Below, one piece after another: positions 36,237 through 47,500 of a DNA stretch of 64,000 bases. The stretch's first letter is position 1; the number at the start of each line of letters is the position of its first letter. A program made the translations under genes and the position numbers. Under the pieces are notes generated by a model, which was given only the letters and a program-made list of their open reading frames with translations, made no database searches and was not told where the DNA came from. Source of the DNA: Azolla caroliniana (Eukaryota > Plantae > Polypodiophyta). The stretch covers positions 15,314,001 to 15,378,000 of the forward strand of contig JBHGNT010000012.1 in the NCBI GenBank assembly GCA_043228905.1. The letters are read 5' to 3'.

Positions 36237-39200
36237 GAAAAGACCAGGAAAGGAGTGGAAATGACCACGAAGCAGAGTCAGATGAAGAATTCGATTTCGG
36301 GTCGGCTAAAGAAGCCGAAGGCGGAAACAGGGGCAACAACCAAAGGGAAGAGCCAGAGTCAGCCGAACAAGGGGGAGATGAAGCCAAGAAGGCCAAGAAG
36401 GCCAAGACCAAGACATGGTTTGATGTGGTTAAGGGCCCAAAGACAGAAGACGAATTGGAGACAGTCAATTCGGGCAAGAGAGGAAACGAATCGAAGACAG
36501 CTGATTCGGTTCGAATGTTTGATTCAGAGACGCCGAATCAACTGAAGGCCAATCAGAGGAAAGGGCAACAGAAGAGGTGCCAACATTGCGCCAACAAGGG
36601 AGCTGAGAAAGGCCGCACAAGTAGACAAGCCGACCGAAACGATCGAGGTGCGCGAAATCGAATGGGTCGAGGAGCGCGAGCGATGCGTGAAGCCAGCAGA
36701 AGCCGGAACGAAGATCTAGAAGTCTATGCAGAACCTCAACTTGAGCTTGAGGGGGAGTGTTGAGATACAAGCTCAACATTGGGTGCACAAACCAATGCGT
36801 AAACTGGGTGCACAACGAGAGGCTGTAGCGGTGCGTAAACCGGGAGGCCGTTGGATAGATATTCCGTGGAGGAATATATTTTTGGGAGTTAGTGTAGGTG
36901 CTCATTGATGAGCATTGAAGTATGTGTCAGTACTTCTGTCAGTCCATATGGACTTGTATAAAAGAGCTCTCTGAGTACATTCTATGTACAGAGTTTTAGA
37001 GTATTATTTTGGAATAGAGTTTTCTGTGTTCTGCTCTCTCTTTCTCTCCCGCGTACGCTATGTTGATTACACTTTCCATTAAACCTTCCTTGTCTGTTGT
37101 CTTTTTTCTATTGTTACCCAGTTGTGTTTGTTAAGCTTCCGCATGTATTCTTTTGTAATAATGATGTGATTGCATGGTGATACAATATACTTGTGGTGTT
37201 CTATAATAAATGTGCACTATCCTTTAACCATCAATTTACCCAAGGAGCACCAATTGCTTTCATGGCAAAAATACATGCAAAAATAGTTTATTTTCTAATG
37301 TATCCCAAATAAATCCATAATTTGGGGAAATACTCAACCATTGCTTAACATCTTCAAAGTCTGACAACCTTTGAGATTCATTATCAACCATATCCCCCAA
37401 TTGAAATAAGTGATTGCGTAACTCATTTTGTACTGAATTACAAAGCTCTCGATTACTTGATGGTGCCCTCTCAAAAAAATGTTTAGGCATCTTGTCAATA
37501 CCTAACCAATTGTTGAGTACATACAGTTCAGGGACAATTCATTGAATCTTTAGATGAATACATCCATTGAGAAATGGCCACCATGATCCTTGAATCTTAG
37601 TTTTTCCATGCACCAATCCTTCATGATCAATAAAGTATTGCATCATAGATTAGGAGACAACGATGTTTTAGCTCAGGCTTGAATCAATTTGTTAACCATT
37701 TTTAAATGGTTTGGCAGTTTGGTGGTTCAGTTTGACTCAATTAAGGCTTGAGTGTCCTTAACTAGTTTCAACTCAGTTTGGCAAGACTCGATCCAAACAG
37801 GTTCCTAAAGCAGTTTTGAGATCGGTTGGTGGCCAAGGGATACACATAGACCCACGGAATTGATTATGACGAGACCTTCGCATCGGTGGTGAAGATGACG
37901 ACAATTTGTGTGGTACTAGCGGTGGCGGTGGCAGCGGCAAGGGGCTGACATCTCCACCAGGTGGACATGAAGGATGTGTTTCTTCAAGGAGATCTTCTAT
38001 ACATGGTCCAACCCCCCGATTTTCAGTCAGAGGTGAACAAGTCGGCAGTGTGTTGACTGAAGAAGTCGCTTTATGGCCTTAAGCAAGCCCCTTGTGCTTG
38101 GAACTCGAAGATCACGCATCGGTTGCGTAAGATGGGGTTTGCGGCCTCCAAATCCGACTCTTCTCTATTCATCCGGAAAGGTCTGAAAGCCAGGTTTCCA
38201 TTTTGTTGTACGTCGACGAATTGGTCGTCATCGGACCTGACCTTGCTGAAATCGGCCGAGTAAAGTCCCAATTGTCGAACGCATTCGAGATGAAGGACCT
38301 AGGGGACCTTCACTACTTCCTCGGGATTGAAGTGATCCACACCCCCTACGGCATATTGTTGTCTCAACGACACTATGTTTTGAATATGTTGTTCAAATTC
38401 GGCAGGACGGATTGTCGATCAGTCTCAACACCTCTTGATAGGAACCTGAAGCTACATCCCGATTCGGGAGCGGTCTGCGATGTGAAACGGTTCCGACAAA
38501 TTGTCAGAAGCCTTATATATCTTACTATCACCTGACCCGACCTCAGCTATCTGGTCGAAGTGATAAATCAATTCATGCAGCGACCGACTATCGAGCATCT
38601 TCAGTGTATGCATTGACTATTAGATATGTGAGCGGCACGAAAGGTCGAGGACTATTGTACCGACACAATATAGTCGAATAGTTAGTCAACTATATGGATG
38701 TTGACTGGGTTGGAGATGCGTCGGATCGATGGTCGACATTAGGGTTTATGTTTTCTCTCGGGAGCACGGTCGTAGTGTGGAGCATCAAGACGAAGTCGAT
38801 GGTGGCACTGTCAAGCACTGAGGCTTAGTATTGGGGAGCCACCACCGCTACATGTGAAGCTATTTGGCTCCGATGGCTGCTATAGGACTTACAAATCGAA
38901 GTTCCCACTCCAAATTTCAGTCCTAATCTATTACAACAACATCAATAGCATGCAGCTTGCCAAGAACCTTGTTTTTCATGCTCGCACGAAGCACATATAA
39001 ATGCATTATGACTTTCTACGAGCGGGTCTTGAGAGGTGAAGTTGAACTTTGGTATGTTTGAACTGATTGACAAGTGGCTGACATCTTCACCAAGGCGCTC
39101 GGATCGGACAAGTTGCAACACTTCTCGAAGATGCTTGGTATCCAGCACCTGTGACGTACTTGAGGGGGAGAAGTATATGAGAGAACAAAGGCGATGTACC

Positions 39201-39944
39201 AGAGGAAGAATTAACCAAAGGCAAAGGCAAGAGGAGAGCCGAAGAAGAAGATATTGAATCGACTAAAGAAGTTGTGACATCCAATAGAGTCGGAACAAGC
39301 AACAAATGCGGCAAAGTCAAGATGGATAGAGCCGACTGAAAGATGAAGGTTAGGACTCGAACATGGTCAGATGTGGTAAAGGGCTTGAAAAAGGAAGATG
39401 AATTGGAGGCACCCAATTCAAACAAGAATGGGAACGAATCGGAGACAGTCGATTCAGTTGAATGGTTTGATTCGGATGAGCCGAATCACATAAAGGCCGA
39501 GCGGACGAGAGGACAGTCGAAGCTGACACCGAAGAGAAGGATTCAATGGGTCGAGGAGCGCCAAAGCCATGACAACGAGGGAGCTGAGATGGGCCTTAAG
39601 AGCAGACATGTTGACCGTAGGGGTTGAGGAGCGCGGAACTAGAGGGGTCGAGGAGTGTTGGACCAGAGGGGCCATGGAATGCGGGACGGGACCGGACGAT
39701 GAGCACGAGCAAGGCGTGAAGACGCTAGAGGAGTCGGAGACAAGGACACAATAGTGTCAGAACCAAGAGAGAAGGTAAAGTGATAGAAGAAAGATATAAA
39801 GAGATCACAAGAAGAGGAATGAAATGATAAGAGAAGAATGAATGTATTAAAGTAGAATAAGAATGGATACAAAATAGGCCATGAGACCTTAAGATTGGTT
39901 TTGAGAAGAATTGTATGTCCATATTTATAGGTTCCTATAGAATA

Positions 39945-40062
39945 ACCTAGTGATTTCTATAATGTTCTAGAATGTTCTAGACCTAGAATATTCTAAGATG
40001 TTCTAGGATATTCTATAATGTTCTAGGATGTTCTATAATGTTCTAGGATGTTCTAGAACATT
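39945..40062. promoter_or_regulatory. 10-bp-period heat-shock-element-like array in G4 LTR (second copy 51905-51997)
   Basis: TTCtaGAAtgTTC at 39965, TTCtaGAAtaTTC at 51935, TTCtaGAAtgTTC at 51965; TTC recurs every 10 bp. Confidence 0.7.
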
Positions 40063-40111
40063 TACAATATTAGTCTATTATAAGAAGTAGCTTTTATTAT
40101 TTCATATAATC

Positions 40112-40176
40112 ATATGGTATCTTAATGGTTAGGTTCTTTATTATGTATTACAAGGTCTTGGGTTCAAGCCCAAGTG
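40112..40176 (+). promoter_or_regulatory. tRNA-like Pol III A/B-box module in G4 LTR (second copy 52046-52110)
   Basis: A-like TATCTTAATGG (40118), B box GGTTCAAGCCC (40161) within hairpin cttggg/cccaag. Confidence 0.55.
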
Positions 40177-42049
40177 AAGCCACATAATGTTCACAGATTC
40201 TTGACACTATCCCTCCTCTTAAAACAATGAGTGGAAGGAGTTGTTAACAATGCAGGGCCAGGTTTGTTGGGATAGTGACGATGGAAGTCGTGAATAAGAG
40301 CTTGAGCATTACAAACATTATCGACAGGTTCCCATGTGCGATCGCTCGGAGTATAGCCTAGCCAATCAACTAGATAATACAACTTATTGTGCACAATCTT
40401 TGAATCAAGAATGGAGGCTACCTCATACTCAGGGCCATCAGCAAGTTGGAGAGGAGGCGTTGGCGGCACGACACGATTGGGAATCGAGCTGGTGTGGTAA
40501 GGTTCCAAAAGAGAGCTATGAAAGACTGGAAGAAGCCGCAAACTTGCAAGAAGATCAAGACGGAATGTTGCATCATTAATCCGTGTTGTGGTGACAAAAG
40601 GACCCAAGAGTTTATAATCTAGTTTATCACATGGCCGAGTAGTCTTTATGTGACGGCGTAACAACCATACCCGATCACCAACCTTGAATGGAGACGGAAG
40701 ACGATGTCGATCTGCATGGACCTTATGTTGGGCTTGAGCTTTCTGAAGATGTGAAGACAACTCAGACTGAAGATGTTGTAGTCGGTGGAGGTGTTGCTCA
40801 ACACTAGGGTTTGGTGAGATCACTGGAATGTCCAAGAGACACCATCGAGGATGGTTGCTAGTATAGGCATAGAAAGGTGTGACCTTGGTAGAAGAGTGGA
40901 TGGTATTATTGTATGCAAACTCTGCAAGATGCAATATATGACTCCAATCATCTTGTTGATAACTGATGAAACATCGAAGATACTGCTCAAGTGTTTGATT
41001 TGTGCGCTCTGTTTGGCCATCAGTTTCGGGATGATATGCTGAAGAGAGTTTGCAAGAGATTCGGAGCCCGTCACATAGGTGCTTCCAAAAGTGAGAGATA
41101 AATTGCGGTCCACGATCACTAATTATGTCGTTTGGAATGTCATGATGGCGAAATACTTCACGCATAATGATATCTGATGTTTCTTTACTACTGATGCTTT
41201 TTACATAGGGTAGAAAATGTGCCATCTTGGTAAACTGGTCCACTACGGTTAAAATAGCATCAAAACCTTGTGAAGGTGGCAGATTTATAATGAAATCCAT
41301 AGTAATTGATTTCCATGGCTTGCTCGGAGTCAACAATGGTTGTAACAACCCATAAGGATGATGCCTAGGCATTTTAGCTCGACAACATGTGTCACATGTG
41401 CAAACATAATCTTCAAAGAATTGTTGTAAATGAGGCCACCAAAATGATCGCTTCACTAGCTCCATGGTCTTGGCAATACCAAAGTGTCCGGCCATACGGG
41501 CATCATGACAGTGCTCCAACACTCGAAGGCGTGGTGATCCATCAGGGACATAAAGTAGATTCTTGTAGAAAAGTAAGTTATCTTGCCACTTGAACTCCTT
41601 ATAGCGTTGACATGTCCATGGTAATGTGGAGCAAAATGCATGATTTGGACCAAGGTGGGTGAGGACATCATTAACAAAATCCTCAGAGTTAAGTTGTTGT
41701 CGAATAGTATCAAGAAGACTTGAATCCAATGGCGTGCCACAAACCGTGGTTGCTTGTAGCTTTGTTGGACCAAGGAGAACTTGCTTTTGATTGTCGAAAG
41801 CTGGATCTCCAGGGCGAAGTGCCAAATATGAGTGTCGAGATAGAGCATCTGCTTGCCCTTGTTGGTTCCCTGGGTGGAAAATGATCTTGAAATCAAAACA
41901 AGTTAAAAATTGTGCCCACCGAGCTTGTCGCCTATTTAGCACTCGAGCCGTCTGAAAATATGTAAGATTTTTGTGGTCACTATAAATGATGATTTGATGA
42001 GGCGAACCTTCCAGGAAATGTCGCCATTGCACAAAAGAGTTGACCATGG

Positions 42050-42982
42050 TGTTGGGAGACAGGTCCCTTCGGATGGGAAGGAAGAAGAACAATGTTGATG
42101 AACAGTTTGTACGGAGAGCCGGATGGTGCAAACCTGGTGAGAACTAGATGACGAGTACCCGGCTACGGAGAGCCGGATGGTGCAGATCCGGTGAGAACCG
42201 GATGAGGAGTACCCGGCTTCGGAGAGCCGGATGGTGCAGACCCAGTGAGAACCGGATGAGGAGTACCCGGCTTCGGAGAGCCGGATGGTGCAGACCCGGT
42301 GAGAACCGGATGAGGAGTACCCGGCTACGGAGAGCCGGATGGTGCAGACCCGGTGAGAACCGGATGAGGAGTACCCGGCTACGGAGAGCCGGATGGTGCA
42401 GACCCGGTGAGAACCGGATGAGGAGTACCCGGCTACGGAGAGCCGGATGGTGCAGACCCGGTGAGAACCGGATGAGGAGTACCCGGCTACGGAGAGCCGG
42501 ATGGTGAAGACCCGGTGAGGAGTGCTCACTGGATGAAGAGACATATTCGTAAATATGTTTCTGAGAGTCCATCGTGGCTATATTTGTAAATAGCCGAAAA
42601 GTCATATTAGTATAAATATGACTTAGGGCAAACTCTTAGAGTGGTTGTCATTCTTGTTTGCGCGAGATCAGAGCGCGTAACTGTGTATAGAGAGAGAGAG
42701 AGAGAGAGGAAGAGGTCGTTGCCTCTGTTATAACCGCTGCTTGTGGCGAAGATAGAAAGCTCGAGGTTGTTGCCTCGGTGCTTTACTGTTGTACACTGTA
42801 ACATAGTGATAGTTTGTAGCCTGTGGGCTGCCGTGGTTTTTTTCCCTAGTTTGGGTTTTCCACGTAAACATCCTATGTACTCTTCTCTTCACTGTGTTGT
42901 GCATTCATTCCTGTTTTTTGTGTATGATTCTAAGCTCGGTTGTGGCCGAGCATTGTGCATAGGGGGCGTTTAGTTCCCGTCA
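42050..42982 (+). mobile_element. Solo LTR of the Copia C family
   Basis: tgttgggagacaggtccc...cgtca, homologous to 30896-31495; TSD catgg/catag. Confidence 0.9.
42111..42520 (+). repeat. 54-bp tandem repeat, about 7.5 copies
   Basis: Unit gagaaccggatgaggagtacccggctacggagagccggatggtgcagacccggt. Confidence 0.95.
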
Positions 42983-44555
42983 CATAGCTAGTAACTCTTT
43001 GTCATGCACCTCGTAGTTGATCTCCGCAACATTAAACTTTCTTGAGTGAAACGCGACTGGATGTAAGTGCCCATCTTCACCTGGTTGTGATAGGATGCTC
43101 CCCAATGCAAAGTCGGATGCATCTGCCTCGATGATAAATTGCTTTTCTGGATCAACATGAGCTAAGACAGGAGCTGATGTGAATGCCTCTTTCAACTGAG
43201 TAAAGGCTTTGTCTGCTTCAGGAGTCCAAACAAATGCTTGATTTTTCTTGGTGAGTTGAGTAAGTGGCAATACAATCTTCGAATAATTCCATATGAATTT
43301 GCGATAGAGGTTGGCAAATCCAAGGAAACACTGGACATCGCGAACGGAACTTGGAGTATGCCATTCCAATACTGTTCGAACTTTCACTGGATCCATGAAG
43401 ATACCTTTGGATGAAATGGTATAACCCAAGAACTCAACTTCTTTGCAATCAAAACTGCACTTCTCTAGTTTGGCATAAAGACCATACTCTCTTAAGCGTT
43501 GGAGTACCTTCCGGACATGTATATCATGCTCCGCTTGGGTTCTAGAGTAAATCAATAGATCATCTAAATAGATGATAAGAAAGATATCTAGAAATTCTCG
43601 GAAAATGTCATTTGCCATATGTTGAAACACAGCAAGAGCATTTGTGAGCCCAAAAGGCATAACTGTATACTCGAAATGGCCATATCGAGTGCGAAATGCA
43701 GTCTTCCACTCATCTCCCAGTCGAATACGGACAAGATTATATGCATCCCTTAGATCAATCTTGGTAAAATGCTTTGCCCCACCAATGTGCTCTAAAAGAC
43801 TGGAAATTAAAGGTAGAGCATACCTATTTCTTATTGTCACTTTATTTAATCCCTGATAATCCACGACCAAACGAAGTGAGCCGTCCTTTTTCTTCACGAA
43901 AAAGATAGGAGCACCAGCTGGAGACTTTGAATGTCGAATAAATCCACTTGCAATATTCTCGTAAATGTATGCTCGAAGAACCTCAAGCTCCCCGTTGGTG
44001 ACAGATTGTAGATCAGACCCCATGGTGGCTCTTTTCCTGGCTGTAGATCAATAGGACAATCGTATGGCCAATGCTTTGGAAGTACACTAGCTTTGACTTT
44101 GTCGAAGACATCAACATATTCTTGGTACTTTTTAGGAATGTAGACCTCTGACGTCCCTTGAGTGTCACTAGAAGGTGCAGCTGATATGGCAAATAAGAAT
44201 AAATCTTCTTTTGCTCCTTCTTGGCATAATTGTTCTAGGGTGATGGTTGAAATTTGATGAAGAGGAACAACATGTTTGGTAAAGGGTGAATTGGTAACAC
44301 TATGTTTTTCAAGGGAAGGATCCTGGGTTCGACCCTTGACTACTATGTTTCCTTTTGAAGGGCACCTAATTTCTCGTCGTCTCCAATCAATTCTTGGGTT
44401 GTGTAGCTCGAACCATGGCAAACCAAGGACTATTGGATGCTCAGGGCTACGGATTATGTTAAAGGAGACCACACATCCTAAATCACCTAAGAGTATGTGT
44501 ATCGGTTTAGACTCCTCGAATATCTTTCCAGAAGCTATGGGACGTCCATCAATCA

Positions 44556-47500
44556 TGTTGAGAGACAAGCTCAACATCGGCCGGATCGGTTGGGACCGAT
44601 CGGTTAGGCCGGACCGGTGTGTAAAACGGATGCGTAAACCGGTACGCAAACCAGTGCGTAGGAAGGTCGTATCGGTGCGTAAACCCAAAGGCCGTTAGAA
44701 AGATATTCCTCTTAAGGAATAGTTTTGGGAGTAAGAGTCGAGGCTCATTTATGAGCAGTCAAGTACTGTCAGTACTTGTGTCAGCCCGATTGTCAGGGCT
44801 TGTATAAAAGTGCTCACTGAGCACATCCTATGTACAGATTGAGTATTATCTTTTTGAATTAAGTTCTGTGTTTACTCTCTCTCTATCTCTCCCGTGCGTA
44901 CTGTGAAAACCTAAGGTTTCCATTAAACCTGCGTTTTCTGTTGTTCAATTTTCTATATTGCTTCCGCACGCAATTCTTTTCATGGTATCAGAGCACGAGG
45001 GTTGAGAACCTCTGCAGTTGACTTTGCTTGAAGGGAAAACCAACGAAGAAGAACAAGAAAACCGATGGACAGAGGAATGGCTAGCTCGCTTCCGACGGAG
45101 AAGCTCGACAGAAACAACTACGCGTCTTGGTCTTACAAGATGCACCAGTACCTATTCGGACACAGTTACTGGAGTTATGTCGATGGAGCAACTGACACAG
45201 CACCCGATTCGACACACAAAGACTTCCCGGCGTGGGAACAATCGGCGAGCAGAGTGTTGTACTGTTTCGCGTCTTGTGTGGGCGAACAGCTGTTAAGCTA
45301 CGTTTGGGATGCAAAAACGCCAAAGGGTGCGTGGGAAAATTTGAAGAAGATTTTCGCCGCGAGCACCACAGCCAGGAAGCTTCAGCTCCGACAGGAGTTG
45401 AGCAACCTACGGCAACGCAATTTGTCGGTGGTTGACTATACCTCGAGGATTAAGGACATATGTGACTCCTTAGCTTCCATCAATGTGAAAATCGAGGAAA
45501 GCGAGATGGTCCAGGTCTGTCTCGAGGGTTTGGCGTCGAAGTTCGGGGCATTCCGAACTGTTGTGTGTACCCGGGAGAATACGTCGTCATTTTCTGACTT
45601 ACAGTCGATGCTCATAGAGGAGAACCACGCGGGTGCATCGACAAGCACGCATGCCGACAACAAGATATTGTACACGGAGGGAGAGAGGCCCCGTGGTTGT
45701 GGCGGATGAGGCGAGTCGGCACGCAATGGAGGCGGCCGACGGGATCAAGGAAGAAGGCACCGAAGTGATGCCAACAGCAAGTCCGGACCCTCCGGAAACA
45801 GGGGGAGTCGAGGCGACGAGAACCGGCAAGGGAAATCTGCTGCGGAATGCTGGTACTGTGGCAAGAAAGGCCACAGGGAAAGCGAGTGCTGGAAAAAGCG
45901 CGCCGAGTCGGACAGGACCGGTTCTGGATCTAGTTCCGGACATACTGACAAAGGAAACCGGCAGCGATCGCACTACGCCGAAGGATCCGGAGAAACCGGA
46001 AAAGGGTCAATCTTCGTGACGAGACATGAAGCAAACTCAATGAAGCCGTCTGCCCCGAAATTAGACGAGGTGTGGTACGTCGACTTCGCCGCGTCAAACC
46101 ACATGACGTGCCACGAGGAGTGGTTCTATCTCTTGTGAAACCGACACAACCCGGAGTAGTCACAACCGGAGACGACACTCCGCATCTGATCGCGAATGTC
46201 GGGAAGTTCCCTTGAGCAATGTCGGGCAGAAAGGGAAACTTATGAACGTGTTACACGTCCCGACCATCACGAAGAATCTGGTGTCGATCGGGCAGATCAT
46301 CAACCAGGGGATGCAGGTTCGGTTTACACACCTCGGGTGCTTCATTGAGGAAGACGGCCGTATTATTGCGCAAGGGCGCAGAGATGGGAGGATGTTCATC
46401 CTCGACTCTACTGATGGTGGCACCGCAATGTTTGCGAAGGGACAAAAAGTCGAGTCAGACATCGACTTATGGCACAAGCGGATAGGCCATATCAACTACC
46501 AGCGGCTTCAAGACCTGCAATCGAAACAAGTGGTGTTCGGATTGCCCAAATTTGTGAAGCCTGCTAGTTAGGGAAGCAACACCGACTTCCCTTCCCCAAC
46601 GAGCATAACCGGAGCTGGAACAAGCTCGACTTGATACACTCTGATGTGTGGGGGCCGGCACAAAACATTAGTCTTGGCGGGAGCCGATATTTCGTCTCCT
46701 TCATCGACGACTACACGCGGCACACATGGATCTACCTCATCGAGAGGAAGAGCGAAGTCTTCAACTATTTCCGGGACCTCAAAGGGTTCGTGGAAACGGA
46801 AACAGGAAGAAAGATCAAGTGTCTGCGGTCGGATGGCGGAAAAGAATACTTTTCCGGTCAATTCAACGGTTATCTACAACAGATGGGAATTCAGCGCGAA
46901 TTCAGTTGTAGATACACGCCGGAGCAAAACAGCGTGGCCGAGAGGAAAAATCAGTCGGTTGTGGAAGCGGCATGGGCAATGCTAGAAGAGAAGAGCTTGC
47001 CCAAGTTCGGACCGCGGTATACATCTAGAATCGGATCGAAGATAAAGTGTTGGCGCACGAGCTATATTTCGGAACGAAGCCGAACTTGCGACACTTACGA
47101 GTTTTCGGTAGCATTGCGTATGTGCATGTGCCGAAGGAGAAAAGGAGGAAGTTGGACGTGAAAGCCGAGAAGTGTATCTTGGTCGGCTATTCGGATGAGC
47201 AGAAGGGTTATAAGTGCTATAACCCACGTACCAAACAAGCGCGCGTGAGCCGCGACGTTGTGTTTGATGAGTCTGCGTCCTAGTACTTGCCTCCGACTCC
47301 GGACCTCACCTCCAATCCGAGTTCTGACGATGAGGACAGCGAGGCCGAGGTGTCTTTGGCTGAGCCTGAAATAGGGACCCTGAAGAGAGTCCAATTTCAT
47401 TTCGGTTAAGTGGACCGAATGGACGACTGAGTCGTGTCGACCAATCCGATGAAGAGCTTGCGAGTAGTGGAGACTCGGCCGTACATTCCCCGCGCAAGAA

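Larger units (their letters stand above)
16048..37157 (+). mobile_element. Ty1/Copia element A, outer host of a 21-kb nest
   Basis: LTRs 16048-16411 and 36758-37157; TSD ATAAT (16043-16047, 37158-37162); PBS tggtatcagagc (tRNA-iMet) at 16412; gag-PR 16497-18030; RT-RH 29276-30895; 3' tail 36237-36757; integrase core missing. Confidence 0.88.

Noticed and set aside
40191-42131. 646-aa ORF as an independent gene
   Set aside because: It is the RH-INT-chromodomain end of G4 pol, with a fortuitous start inside the inserted solo LTR.
42111-42520. CRISPR-like regular array
   Set aside because: Units are contiguous near-identical 54-mers with no unique spacers, inside a plant LTR, and there are no cas genes.
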